Assembly (NCBI GenBank): GCA_046313635.1
Contig: JBKBYA010000004.1
Span: 128,001-192,000 of the forward strand
Source: Pyrinomonadaceae bacterium
GTDB taxonomy: Bacteria > Acidobacteriota > Blastocatellia > Pyrinomonadales > Pyrinomonadaceae
DNA: 64,000 bases
Reading direction: 5' to 3'
A program made the translations under genes and the position numbers. How positions within the stretch are numbered: the stretch's first letter is position 1; the number at the start of each line of letters is the position of its first letter. Below the pieces are notes generated by a model. It had not been told where the DNA came from. It ran no database searches and saw nothing but the letters and a program-made list of their open reading frames with translations. Of the stretch, positions 9,196-20,400 are shown in pieces.

Positions 9196-11172
9196 ATGCT
9201 GGAAATATTCGGCGAGGGCGGCCTCATTGCCCGTCATCATGATGCCTTTGAGCATCGCGACGGCCAGATCAAAATGGCCGACTCGGTGATGCGCGCCTTT
9301 GACCAAAAGCGGCACCTCGTCGTCGAGGCGGGCACGGGCACGGGCAAGACGCTGGCGTACCTCGTCCCGGCGGTCGCCGCCGCACTCGGGCGCAAGCAGC
9401 GTATCGTCATCTCGACCGGCACCAAGAATCTGCAGGAGCAGCTGATGGAAAAGGACATTCCGTTCCTGCAAAAGGTGCTGCCCAAAAAATTCTCGGCCGC
9501 GTATATGAAAGGCCGCTCGAACTACGCCTGCCTGCACCGCGTCTACAAGGCCGAGGACCAGCCGTTTCTCGAGGGGCTGCACGAGATCGACTATTTTGAC
9601 GATATCCGCCGGTGGGTACGCGACTCAAAGACCGGCGACCGCGCCGAGCTCTCGCACCTGCCTGACAATCTCTCTTTCTGGAACCGCATCAACGCCCGCT
9701 CCGAAGTTTGTCTCGGGCAAAAGTGTCCAGAATTCGAGCCGTGCTTCATCACGCGAATGCGGGCGCGGGCCGAGGACGCCGACATCATCATCGTCAATCA
9801 TCACCTCTTCTTTGCCGACCTCAGCGTCCGCGGCAACCAGTACGGCCGCGTCATTCCGGATTACGGCGCGGTGATATTCGACGAGGCGCATCTGATCGAG
9901 GACATCGCGGCGGACTACTTCGGATCTCAGGTGTCCAATTACCAGCTTGACGACATCGTCCGCGATCTCGACACTCTGCCCATCACCGATGCTCTGGTGA
10001 CAAGCACGCTGACCAAGCTCGCGGCGCGGATCATCGGATTCGCAGAGCAGTTCTGGACGCGCTTTTCGCAGGGCCGCGGGCAGGACGGACGCTTTCCGCT
10101 GACGGCCGAGCAGTTCTTTGTCCGCACGCGCGGCGGCGAGATGGAGCCGACGCCGCTCGGCAGCGTCTATCAGGAGCTCGACGCTTCGCTCGGACGGCTC
10201 GATGCCGAGATCGACGTTTTTTCAGAAGAGATGCCCGAGGCCGAGGCCGTGCTGCGGCGCGTGCGGCAGGTACGGTCAGATCTGAAGTTCATCGTCGGCC
10301 AGGCCGATCGCAATTACGTCTTCTGGCACGAGCGGCGCGGCCGCGGCATTTACCTGCAGGCGTCGCCGGTCGACGTGTCGAATCTGCTCAAGGACAAGCT
10401 CTTTAACAAGGTCGAGACGTGCGTGCTCACGTCGGCGACGCTGTCGACCTCGGGCAGCTTCAACTTCATCCGCGATCGTTTGGGTCTGGAAAAGTCAAAG
10501 ACCGATACGCTCGTCGCGCCGTCGAGCTTCGACTACGAAAAGCAGGCGATCGTCTACTTGCCCAAGGGAATGCCCGACCCGCGCTCGCCGCAGTACACGC
10601 AGCTCGCGGCCGGCGAGATCATCAAGCTGCTGCAGGTGACAAAGGGTCACGCCTTTGTCCTCTGCACGAGCAACTCGTCGATGAAGTCGCTCTACGAGAT
10701 CGTCTCGTCGCGCGTCGGCTATCCGTGCTTTATCCAGGGCACGATGTCCAAGAGCGGCATTCTCGAACGCTTTCGCTCGACGCCCAACGCCGTGCTCTTT
10801 GCGACGTCGAGCTTTTGGCAGGGCGTCGACGTCCGAGGCGAGCAGCTCTCGTGCGTGATCATCGACAAGCTGCCATTCGCCGTGCCAAGCGACCCGCTCG
10901 TCGCGGCGCGGACAAAGTTCATCGACGACAACGGCGGCAGATCGTTCAGCGATTACTCGATCCCGCAGGCCGTGATCACGCTCAAGCAGGGCATCGGCCG
11001 CCTCATCCGCAGCAAGACCGACCGCGGCGTGATCGTGATACTCGACAGCCGTCTCAGGACAAAAGGCTACGGCCGCGATTTCATCAACAGTCTGCCTAAG
11101 ACTAGAATTACGAGTGATCTTAAAGATGTAGAGTCGATGTTTGCAGCCGCGGAGGACGCAGCCGCAGCGTAG
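9196..11172 (+). CDS. dinG: ATP-dependent DNA helicase, DinG/YoaA family
   Basis: EAGTGTGKT, KGRSNYAC, Fe-S Cys residues (CLGQKCPEFEPC), DEAH, SATL, QGIGRLIR. Confidence 0.92.
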   Translation: MLEIFGEGGLIARHHDAFEHRDGQIKMADSVMRAFDQKRHLVVEAGTGTGKTLAYLVPAVAAALGRKQRIVISTGTKNLQEQLMEKDIPFLQKVLPKKFSAAYMKGRSNYACLHRVYKAEDQPFLEGLHEIDYFDDIRRWVRDSKTGDRAELSHLPDNLSFWNRINARSEVCLGQKCPEFEPCFITRMRARAEDADIIIVNHHLFFADLSVRGNQYGRVIPDYGAVIFDEAHLIEDIAADYFGSQVSNYQLDDIVRDLDTLPITDALVTSTLTKLAARIIGFAEQFWTRFSQGRGQDGRFPLTAEQFFVRTRGGEMEPTPLGSVYQELDASLGRLDAEIDVFSEEMPEAEAVLRRVRQVRSDLKFIVGQADRNYVFWHERRGRGIYLQASPVDVSNLLKDKLFNKVETCVLTSATLSTSGSFNFIRDRLGLEKSKTDTLVAPSSFDYEKQAIVYLPKGMPDPRSPQYTQLAAGEIIKLLQVTKGHAFVLCTSNSSMKSLYEIVSSRVGYPCFIQGTMSKSGILERFRSTPNAVLFATSSFWQGVDVRGEQLSCVIIDKLPFAVPSDPLVAARTKFIDDNGGRSFSDYSIPQAVITLKQGIGRLIRSKTDRGVIVILDSRLRTKGYGRDFINSLPKTRITSDLKDVESMFAAAEDAAAA

Positions 11173-11233
11173 GGGGATAAGCGTGAATAAGAATTATTAT
11201 CGGCGGCCGGATTCGTTCAGGATCATTTGACCT

Positions 11234-11617
11234 ATGCCCGGATTTTTTGAAGTGATGATCGAACGCGACTTCTCGTCCGCCCACCAGCTGCGCGGGTATA
11301 AGGGGAAGTGCGAGAACCTGCACGGGCACAATTACAAGATCGAGATCTACGCCCGCGGCGAGGAGCTGAACAATATCGGCCTGCTGATCGACTTTGGCGA
11401 TCTCAAGGCGGCGGCGGACGAGATCGTTCGTTATCTCGACCATCGGAATCTCAACGAGCTGCCGCCATTTGACGAGGAGCTGAATCCCTCGGCCGAGAAT
11501 CTCGCCCGATACATTCTCGAGTATCTCAACTCGCGCGTCGGCGACGAGCGCGTGCAGGTCTACAAGGTCCGCTGCTACGAGACCCCGACCAGCGTCGCGA
11601 CCTACCAGATCGCGTGA
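11234..11617 (+). CDS. queD: 6-carboxy-5,6,7,8-tetrahydropterin synthase
   Basis: FSSAHQL...KCENLHGHNY, LDHRNLN, PSAENLA, ETPTS motifs. Confidence 0.93.
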   Translation: MPGFFEVMIERDFSSAHQLRGYKGKCENLHGHNYKIEIYARGEELNNIGLLIDFGDLKAAADEIVRYLDHRNLNELPPFDEELNPSAENLARYILEYLNSRVGDERVQVYKVRCYETPTSVATYQIA

Positions 11618-11850
11618 TCGCGGGCCGTCTGGCCAAAGTGCGAGGCGTCCTGCCGCGGCTGCGCGATCTCTTAAAAGCCGGCGACCGAGGCACTCGGCCA
11701 AGATAACGCCCGTCCTGTGAACGACCGCGCTCGGCATCGCGTCTGCGGTCTCGGCGTCGCTCGCGTAGCGGCAAAACGGCGAAACCAAACCGACCGGCCG
11801 GCGTATATCGACCCGGTAGATAAACCCCAAAATTCGATAAGGAGCCAATT

Positions 11851-14631
11851 ATGAAGCTGCTTTTGCAAAAGCTTGTCGGTCTGGCGATCGTCTGTGCCGT
11901 CGCCGTGCTGCCGATGCTGCGGCCCGCCGCGGCCCTCGCGCAGCAGGCCGCACAGTCGTCGGTCCCAAAAATTCAATTCGAAAGATACACGCTGCCAAAC
12001 GGTCTGCAGGTCATACTCCACGTCGACCGCAAGCTGCCGGTTGTGCACGTCAACCAGTGGTTCCATGTCGGCTCGGCCAACGAGAAGCCGGGCCGCAGCG
12101 GCTTTGCACACCTCTTTGAGCATATGATGTTTCAGGGCTCGAAGAATGCGAGCAAGGATTACTTCACATACGTCGAGGCAGCCGGAGCGAATCTCTTCGA
12201 GGGCGGCGTTAACGGCACCACCGATCAGGACCGCACCAATTACTTTGCCACCGTGCCGTCAGGCAATCTCGAGAATCTGCTCTGGGTCGAGGCCGACCGG
12301 CTCGCGACGCTGCCCGATGCGCTGACAAAGCAAAAGCTCGACAACCAGCGCGACGTCGTCAAGAACGAGCGCCGCCAGGGACTCGAGAATCAGCCTTACG
12401 GCCGCTGGTTCAAGCTGGTCGCCGAGAACGTCTTTCCGCTCGGGCATCCGTATCACAACGACGTGATCGGCATTCACGAGGACCTGACCGCGGCGAGCGA
12501 GGAGGACGTCAAGGACTTTTTCCGCACGTATTACACGCCGAACAATATGTCGCTCGTCATTGCCGGCGATTTTGATCCGGCAGAGGCAAAGCGTCTCGTC
12601 GAGAAGTATTTCGGCACGATCCCGCCGGGGCCGGCGCTCGACCGTCCGGCTAAGGCGGCCGTTTCGCTCACGAGCGAAAAGATCGTCAACGTCCGCGACC
12701 GCGTCCCGCAGGAGCGGACGTACTTTGCGTGGCCGACCGCGGCTTACTTCGACCCGGGCGACGCCGAGCTCGAACTGGCCGCGACGATCCTGACCGACGG
12801 GCTGTCGGCGAGACTCAACAAGGCCCTCATATACGACCGGCAGCTTGCCTCGAATGTCGCGGGCTTTCAGAGCGGTCAGCCGCTGGCGGGATGGTTCGCG
12901 CTTTGGGCCACCGCGCGGCCGGGCTCGGATATGCGGCAGATCGAGCAGATCGTTACGGACGAGATCGAGCGGCTCGCAAAAGAAGGCCCGACGCCGGCCG
13001 AGCTCGAACGCGCCAAGACAAAATGGGAGTTCAACTTTGTCTCGGGCCTCGAGCGCATCGGCGGGTTTGGCGGCAAGTCAGACCTTCTCAATCAATACAA
13101 CACGTATCTCGGCGAGCCCGGAAAGTTTGAGGACGATCTCGCCCGTCACCGCGGCGTGACGATCGAGAGCCTCAAGGCCGCGGTCGATAAGTATCTCAAC
13201 ACGCGGAACCGCGTTCTGGTCCGCTTCCGTCCGGAGCCGAGCAGCAAGGCGTCGGATATCGCGGTCGACCGTACAAAAGAACCGGCACTGGGCGGCGACA
13301 AGCCCTTCCGCGCGCCCGACGTAAAGACGGCCAAGCTGGATAATGGGCTGGAGATATACGTCGTAGAGAAGCCCGAGATCCCGAAGGTTTCGCTTACGCT
13401 CGCGACGCGGGCCGGCAGCGTGGCCGATCCGGCCGGCAAGAACGGCACCGCCGGACTTACGGCCCGGCTGCTCCGTCGCGGCACGAAGTCGCGCACGGCA
13501 CTACAGATCGACGAGCTTGCGGGCGACCTCGGGACGTCGATCTCAAGCGGAGCTCAGCGCGAGTACGCCGGGGTCTCGTCGCAGGTGCTCAAGCGTAACC
13601 TGGGACGGACGCTCGAACTGATCGCCGACGTCGTGACGAACCCGACATTTGCGCAGGAAGAATTCGATCGCGAAAAGAAACAGACGCTCGATAACCTCGC
13701 GCAGACGGCGAGCAATCCGAACGCGGTCGCGAGTCGCGTCGCGCAGATGATCGCTTTTGGCCGCGAGCACCCTTACGGCCGTGCCGCTCTGCCGTCGACC
13801 GTGCAGGCGATCACGCGAGACGACCTCGTGAGATTTCACCAGACGTACTGGAAGCCGGGCAGCTCGGCACTCGTCCTTGTCGGCGATATTACGCTGGCCG
13901 AGGCGACCGCGATGGCAAAGCAGCACTTCGGCGGCTGGTCGGGCGGTGCCGCGCCGGCCGCTGCCATACCGCCTGCCCAGCCGATGCCGGCGGGCAAGGT
14001 GTATCTCGTCGATCGTCCCGGCGCGGCGCAGACCGTGATCGGACAGATCCTGCGAGCGCCCGAGCGCAGGTCGCCGGACTACTACGCGCTCACGCTTGCC
14101 AATGCGGTCTACGGGGGCGGTTTTGGGACGCGGCTCAACCTGAACCTTCGCGAAGACAAGGGCTACTCGTACGGTGTATTTGCTTTCCCGTCGCTGTACA
14201 CCAAGGGCGGGACGTGGATCGCGTCGGGCGGTGTACAGACAAACAAGACCAAGGAGTCGGCGGTGGAGTTTATGAAGGAGCTGAAATTCATCGCCGGCGA
14301 AAAGCCGATCTCGGAGACCGAGTTCACGACCGCACGACTCGCTCGAACGCGCGGCTATGCCCAGCAGTTCGAGGCGTACGACCGCGTCGCCGGGCAGATC
14401 GTCGACCTCTGGGTCGTCGGCCTGCCGATGGCCGGCCTGCAGGCCGAGACCGACGAGCTCAACAAGATCTCGCTTGCGGCGGCAAACGCCGCGGCGGCCA
14501 AGTACGCCGCTCCCGCTGGAGCGTCGCTGCTGCTGGTCGGCGACCTGTCGAAGATCGAGGCCGGCATTCGCGAGCTTGATCTCGGAGAGATCGTGATCCT
14601 CGACGTTGAGGGCAATCCGGTCAAGCGGTAG
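11851..14631 (+). CDS. Secreted M16 family zinc peptidase (fused two-subunit, pitrilysin-like)
   Basis: Signal peptide; inverted zinc motif HLFEH; second half with RLNLNLREDKGYSYG; AGGAG RBS upstream. Confidence 0.92.
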   Translation: MKLLLQKLVGLAIVCAVAVLPMLRPAAALAQQAAQSSVPKIQFERYTLPNGLQVILHVDRKLPVVHVNQWFHVGSANEKPGRSGFAHLFEHMMFQGSKNASKDYFTYVEAAGANLFEGGVNGTTDQDRTNYFATVPSGNLENLLWVEADRLATLPDALTKQKLDNQRDVVKNERRQGLENQPYGRWFKLVAENVFPLGHPYHNDVIGIHEDLTAASEEDVKDFFRTYYTPNNMSLVIAGDFDPAEAKRLVEKYFGTIPPGPALDRPAKAAVSLTSEKIVNVRDRVPQERTYFAWPTAAYFDPGDAELELAATILTDGLSARLNKALIYDRQLASNVAGFQSGQPLAGWFALWATARPGSDMRQIEQIVTDEIERLAKEGPTPAELERAKTKWEFNFVSGLERIGGFGGKSDLLNQYNTYLGEPGKFEDDLARHRGVTIESLKAAVDKYLNTRNRVLVRFRPEPSSKASDIAVDRTKEPALGGDKPFRAPDVKTAKLDNGLEIYVVEKPEIPKVSLTLATRAGSVADPAGKNGTAGLTARLLRRGTKSRTALQIDELAGDLGTSISSGAQREYAGVSSQVLKRNLGRTLELIADVVTNPTFAQEEFDREKKQTLDNLAQTASNPNAVASRVAQMIAFGREHPYGRAALPSTVQAITRDDLVRFHQTYWKPGSSALVLVGDITLAEATAMAKQHFGGWSGGAAPAAAIPPAQPMPAGKVYLVDRPGAAQTVIGQILRAPERRSPDYYALTLANAVYGGGFGTRLNLNLREDKGYSYGVFAFPSLYTKGGTWIASGGVQTNKTKESAVEFMKELKFIAGEKPISETEFTTARLARTRGYAQQFEAYDRVAGQIVDLWVVGLPMAGLQAETDELNKISLAAANAAAAKYAAPAGASLLLVGDLSKIEAGIRELDLGEIVILDVEGNPVKR

Positions 14632-14651
14632 TCGCAAACGCGGCGCAAAAA

Positions 14652-14686
14652 AATAGGCAGGAGCATGAACTCCTGCCTATTTTTAT
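14652..14686. terminator. Bidirectional intrinsic terminator between the M16 peptidase gene and tRNA-Pro
   Basis: aaaaaaataggcaggag-catgaa-ctcctgcctattttt is a perfect inverted repeat with A/T tails on both sides. Confidence 0.8.
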
Positions 14687-14693
14687 GTTGAAA

Positions 14694-14771
<78 letters not shown>

Positions 14772-14834
14772 CTAATTCACGCCTTGCGACGCGATACATC
14801 AGTCTAGGAAAGCCGCCTGACGATGTCAAACGCG

Positions 14835-15440
14835 TCACTTTTGCAGAAACAACCTGATAACCACAAAGCCGCCGACCAGAATGACCAGAAATGCCACGGT
14901 CAAAATTTCAAAGTACTTGTCGATAAATCTTTTGATCGGCGCGCCGAAAAAGAAAAACAACGCCGCGACCAGAAAGAACCGTGCCGACCGGCTGATCACC
15001 GACGCGACGATCAGGGTCGTCAGCGAGACCTCGAACGCGCCGGCGGCGATCGTGAAGACCTTGTAAGGGATCGGCGTGAACCCGGCCGCCATGATCGCCC
15101 AGAACGCGTGTTCATTGTAGAGCTCCTGCACACGCGCGTAGTGGCCTTGGGCGCCGTAAAAATCGATGATCGGCTTTCCGATCGCTTCGAAGGCGGCCCA
15201 GCCGATGTAATAGCCGAAGATGCCTCCGAGCACCGAGCCGGCCGAGCAGATCAGCGCGTACCGAAACGCCTGACGAGGGATCATCACCGCCATCGCGACG
15301 AGCAGCACGTCAGGCGGGATGGGGAAGAACGACGATTCCATGAACGCAATAACAAAAAGCGCCCATTGCGCATGAGGCTTTTCAGCATAGCCCTCTACCC
15401 AGGCCTTGAGGCGGTGGAGATATTCGAAGATCTTTTTCAA
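14835..15440 (-). CDS. YqaA/DedA (VTT domain) membrane protein
   Basis: ALFVIAFMESSFFPIPPDVLL, GFTPIPYKVFTIAAG and SRSARFFL motifs. The true start is uncertain, probably TTG near 15440 (the ORF track starts at 15578, overlapping pcm). Confidence 0.88.
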   Translation of the reverse strand: MKKIFEYLHRLKAWVEGYAEKPHAQWALFVIAFMESSFFPIPPDVLLVAMAVMIPRQAFRYALICSAGSVLGGIFGYYIGWAAFEAIGKPIIDFYGAQGHYARVQELYNEHAFWAIMAAGFTPIPYKVFTIAAGAFEVSLTTLIVASVISRSARFFLVAALFFFFGAPIKRFIDKYFEILTVAFLVILVGGFVVIRLFLQK

Positions 15441-15498
15441 ACTGATAATCCTCTTACTGTTGAAATTTGAATCGTATCGCCCGAATGAAATGTGCAGA

Positions 15499-16149
15499 TC
15501 AGGAATTGCGCCAGCCGTGGCGACCGACCAGCGGGACAAACGAGCACGGGCCAAAGTCTTCCGTCGTAAAGCCGGCATCGGTCTTTGTCATGCGCACGAG
15601 CGTCTGTGACTTCTGGTCGCGGCCGACCGGAATGACGAGCATCCCGCCCACCTTGAGCTGCGCGACGAGCGGCGCGGGGACCTCGGGGCCGCCGGCCGCG
15701 ACGAGGATCTTGTCGTACGGCGCGTAGTCTGACCAGCCCTCCGTGCCGTCGTCGCACTTGAGAGAGAAGTTTCTCACGCCGAGCATCTGCAGCCGCTGGT
15801 AAGCTTCTCTCGCGAGGTTGGGCAGCCGCTCGATCGCAAAGACCATTCGCGCGAGGCTCGCGATCACGGCCGTTTGATAGCCCGTGCCGGCGCCGATCTC
15901 GAGTACCTTGTCGTTTCGCGACAGCTCGAGCAGCTCCGTCATCCGCGCAACGATAAACGGCTGCGAGATGGTCTGCCCGCCGGCGATGGGCAGCGCGTTG
16001 TCCTTGTAGGCCTGGGCCCGCAGGGCGTCGGGGACGAAGAGGTGTCTGGGCATTCGGCCCATCACGTCGAGCACGCGCTCGTCGACGATCTTGTAATGAT
16101 CGCGAAGCTTCTCGACCATTCTCTGCCGCGGGATCGTGTACTGGTCCAT
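15499..16149 (-). CDS. pcm: Protein-L-isoaspartate O-methyltransferase
   Basis: PRHLFV, GQTISQP, VLEIGAGTGYQ, APYDKI, FVPLVG; lies downstream of surE. Confidence 0.95.
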   Translation of the reverse strand: MDQYTIPRQRMVEKLRDHYKIVDERVLDVMGRMPRHLFVPDALRAQAYKDNALPIAGGQTISQPFIVARMTELLELSRNDKVLEIGAGTGYQTAVIASLARMVFAIERLPNLAREAYQRLQMLGVRNFSLKCDDGTEGWSDYAPYDKILVAAGGPEVPAPLVAQLKVGGMLVIPVGRDQKSQTLVRMTKTDAGFTTEDFGPCSFVPLVGRHGWRNS

Positions 16150-16183
16150 CTGATCAAAACCGGAGAGGCCGGTGAGCTGGTCG

Positions 16184-16933
16184 CTAGCTGTTCCAGGCTT
16201 CGAGCTCTTTGAGGGCGTGGTGATTTGTCAGATCGCTCCGCATCGGCGTGATCGAGACGTAGCCCTCGTCGATCGCCTCAAAATCGGTGCCGCCCTCGGC
16301 ACGAAAGCCGTTGCGGATCTCGCTGATCCAATAGTACGGCTTGCCTCGCGGATCGATGTGCTCGCTGATCACGGGCTGCGCGGACTTAAAGCCCTGCTTG
16401 GTCACACGCATGCCCTTGGGCACGCCTTTCGGCACGTTGACGTTGAGCAGCGTCCACTCGGGCAGGCCGTCACGCAGGGCCCGCTCGGTCACCGCCCGGG
16501 CTACCTTCATCGACTCGCTGAAATCGTGGACGCGCGTCGCGACCAGACTGATGGCGATGCCCGGCACGCCGAGAATTGTGGCCTCCATCGCGCCGGCGAC
16601 GGTGCCCGAATACGTCGCGTCGTCGCCGAGGTTCGCGCCGTGATTGATGCCCGAAACGCAGATTTGAGGACGCTCTTCGGCGGGCAGAATTCGGTTGAGA
16701 GCGAACGTGACGCAATCGGTCGGAGTGCCGTCGACCGTCCAGTGCCGCGCGTCGATCTGACGGATGCGCAACGGCCGCGAGAGCGTCAGGCTGTGCGACG
16801 CCCCGCTCTGCTCCGATTCGGGAGCGACGACGTAAACGTCGCCGATCTCGGCGAGCGCCTGTTCGAGGGCGATGATGCCCTCCGAGTGGTAGCCGTCGTC
16901 GTTGGTGATCAGGATCCTTTTTCTTTCAGCCAT
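16184..16933 (-). CDS. surE: 5'/3'-nucleotidase SurE
   Basis: ILITNDDG, VDGTPTDCV, SGINHGANLG, YSGTVAGA; probable start MAERKR at 16933. Confidence 0.95.
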   Translation of the reverse strand: MAERKRILITNDDGYHSEGIIALEQALAEIGDVYVVAPESEQSGASHSLTLSRPLRIRQIDARHWTVDGTPTDCVTFALNRILPAEERPQICVSGINHGANLGDDATYSGTVAGAMEATILGVPGIAISLVATRVHDFSESMKVARAVTERALRDGLPEWTLLNVNVPKGVPKGMRVTKQGFKSAQPVISEHIDPRGKPYYWISEIRNGFRAEGGTDFEAIDEGYVSITPMRSDLTNHHALKELEAWNS

Positions 16934-17026
16934 TAGTGTGTCGTCCCGCATTGCCGGCGGGCCGAACTGAAACAAATAATGCGTGAAGCAGGGCCTCACG
17001 CATCAACAAATAACTAGATCTCGACG

Positions 17027-17302
17027 TTAGCGGCCGCCGGGACCGCCGCCGGCGTTGTTTGAACCGCCGCCCATCGGACGCTGCGAGCCGCCCATTCCGC
17101 CGCCCATCGGACGCTGCTGACGGAAGCGTCGGCGATTGCGCTTGCGCGCGTTTGCCGATTTGAGCTTCGCCTTTTGACCCGGCGGGATAAAGTGAGCGTG
17201 CTTCTTGAGATCTTTGATGATCTCTTCGCTGATCACTTTGCGCTTGAAGCGGCGCAGAGCGCTTTCGATAGACTCGTTAGAGTTAACTGTAATAAAAGCC
17301 AT
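17027..17302 (-). CDS. rpsU: 30S ribosomal protein S21 with Gly/Met-rich C-terminal extension
   Basis: ESIESALRRFKRKV motif; AGGAGGTG Shine-Dalgarno upstream. Confidence 0.93.
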   Translation of the reverse strand: MAFITVNSNESIESALRRFKRKVISEEIIKDLKKHAHFIPPGQKAKLKSANARKRNRRRFRQQRPMGGGMGGSQRPMGGGSNNAGGGPGGR

Positions 17303-17417
17303 TTTTTGTACTCACCTCCTTTCGGCCGAGTCTCAGGCACGGACCTTTTCGTCCGCCCCCGCCACAGACGCCGTCAGGGCGTCCGGAGCAAACTAAGATT
17401 AAACTATCTTTCCCTCA

Positions 17418-20400
17418 TCAGCGCAAGCCGGCCGGCTTGGCAGGCAGCGGCAGGGCGAGCACGTGGCCGCTGTAAACAAAATAAACCCGCGATTCGCTCT
17501 CGTCGACCCACATATCCATACTGTCGAATGAGATCGACGGAATCGTCAGCCGCGGTTCGAACCTCATGGCCGCCAGATCGAGCAGCCCGACGCTCGTGCC
17601 CGAGCCTCTCTTGTCAGGAAGTGCGGCCCAAACTGAGGTCGAAGCCGACGACTGCTGCAGCGGCCGGAACGTTTGGTGAAACAGCGGCCGGAGCTCGCCG
17701 CTTGCCGGAATGAGCATTCCGGTCTCGGGGTCGAGCCACAGATCGGCGGGGCCGCCCTCCGGCCTTTCGGTATCGACGGCCGCGTCGTAGTATTCCTCGT
17801 CATAGTACCGGGCCGACAGCAGCACCTTGCCCTTGACGCCGACGTAGGCGACCGGCATCGTGAAGGGACGATCGGCGAGCGGTACTTTGTATTCGCGGCC
17901 GTTGAAAAGGTTGATCCTGACGAGCGAGAATCCCTCGTCGCTCGACTTGATGGCGACAAGCCATTTGCCGTTCGGCGTCACGACAAAGCCGTTGTACCGA
18001 CCGTCGCGAAGCTTTGTGAGCTTGCCGGCCGATACCTTGAAGAGGGCTTGCGAGTTTGACCTGATCTCAAAATTCGCGACTCGCGATCTCCACTGCGCGG
18101 GCTCGGGTCTTACGGGCAGATCATCCGCGGCCGGCGGGCGATCGATGCCGGGCGGCTGAGCTGCGGGAGCGAGCGAACCGCCGGGACCGAGGCTTTGCCA
18201 CGAGTAGCCCTTCCACACGTAACTTTGGCTAAGAGCTTCGGCGCGGGCAAACGCTTCGGCGCGGGCCGTGCCGTCGTCATCGTCGGTGACCGACGAGTAG
18301 ATCTCGGCCGACATTTCGTGCAGCTCCGCCTCCGATCTGGCACGGGCCGAGCGGCTGCTCACGAGCACACGCAGATCCGGTCCGTTTTTCCAGACAGTTT
18401 GGGCCTCGAGGTCGTCAGAAGCGAGGAGCACGTCGAGCCCGGGCACCTTTTTGGACAGTTCGTACTTGAGTACGCTTGGCTCTCGCTTGAGGTCTCTCAG
18501 TATCGAATCGAGCGTCGCAAAGAATTCCGGCACGCGGTCTGTGCGCGCGTACACCCGCCGCCCGCCCGCGCGGCCGAGCGCGACGAACTGCATCGGCGCG
18601 AGGCACTCTGACGAGCCGCAGCCGAGAAAGGGCTTGAGGTCGTCGACGTCGCTGCGAGCCAGATGGTCGCGGAGCCGTGCAAATTCCTCGGGCCGCAGTA
18701 CGCGCTCGCGGTATCGCGACTTGTCCTCGTACCACGCCAGCACGACGCGGTCGCCATATACCCGGACGACGCTGTCGGCCCACGAATAGACGCCCAGCAG
18801 CTGCCGATCGGAACGGATCTCGTCGCGCAGATGCTTTTCGCTATCCGGCGGAGCTTCTGACTCGGGAGCGCGAGGGCCGTCTTCTTCCTCCACGTAGGCG
18901 GGGCCGCTATAGCCGTCCGTGCCGAGCAGCGTTTCGAGCCACGGGCCGCCTTCCCAGGACGGATCGTCGGCCTCGAAGTACTCGCGCGCTCCGAGCACGA
19001 GAGCTTCATCGGGATGCAGCGAGAGGACGATGCGCCGGGCCTCGGGCGAGTCTTCGGTCTCAAGGAACTTCTCCGCCGCGAGCCGCAGCAGGGCATCGCC
19101 CGAGCGGAGAAATTCGGCGGCACGCGCGACGGCGATGCGCGCGCGGATGAGACGGCCGCAGGCGAAGAGCATCGTCCTTGCGGCGTCGGGGCCGGCGGCG
19201 AGCACCTTATCGAGGTCCGATTCGTCCTCGATCAGACAGGCCGAAACGGCCGCCGCCGCAGGCGGGCCGTCTCTAAGATCGAGCACGTCGCCGGCGAGCT
19301 TTTGGCGGATGTTCTCGCGACGCGCGAGCAGGCGCACGATCGAGTCGGGATCGACCCGACCAGCACGCAGGTCCGAAATAAGCAGCTGATCGACCGCGTC
19401 CGACTGCCATTTGAGCACGACAGAGCGCAGCACGCCGGCGATCGGCGGGTCCCTTTTATCGAGCACTCTGATGCGCGAGATAGCGGCCCGGACGACATCG
19501 TCTTCCATTTCTGTGAGCGTCATCAGGTGCATCCCGAGCTGCATCTTTATGTCGCCGCCGCTCAGCGATTCGAGGCGGTCGGCCCGGTCCTTGACGGCTG
19601 GGCCGTCGACCGGCTCGCTGATGTCGGGAGCGGCGCGGGCAAATGCTTCCATCGCCGCGACCTGCTCTTCGGCGCTGAAGGCGCCGCATGCATGGAGGGC
19701 CGTCACCACACGCTGGCGCTCGTAGCCTTCGGTCTGGTTGTAGATCCGCCGCAGCGCCGGTATCGCTCGAGCGTCGCGCTGGAATGCAAGGGCTCCGAGG
19801 GCAGCGTAGCGGTGCGGATATACCGAGTCGGCGACGTACGAGGCGTTGGTCATCGCCATGCCCGAGTTTGAGACGACGGCGCGCGTTGAATTGCTGTTCA
19901 TCGAGCTCGTGGCTGCCGCGTTCGAGTTTGAGCCGTAGGCAGGCCGCCGATCCTTTTCGTCGAGCAGCTTGACGAGGCCGGGCACGCTGTCGGGCATCTT
20001 GATGGTCTCGAGCGCAGTGACGATAGCGTTGCGCGAATTTGCGTTCTCGGTGATCCATTTTGCGTTCTCGAGCCACGGCAGCAGGGCACGCACGATCTCC
20101 GGGTCGCTGGTGCGCCGCAGCGGTATCAAAAGATTTCTGACCGCCATCGTCCGCACGGTGATATTGGTGCTGCGTGTCAGCTCGATCATCTTGGCCACGT
20201 ACTTCTCCGGCGGCGAATAGAGTACGAGAGTCGTCAGGCCCGTGAACCGCGGCATATTGACGAGCGTCTCGTCGCTAAAGAGCGAATAGAACCACTCGTC
20301 GCGGCCCGGCCAGTCACGCTCGTGCACGAGAGCGTCGTTTGCGAGATCGCGGAGGCCGTCGGGATTGCTCTTGTCCTCGACGATCGCCTTGAGCTCGTCG

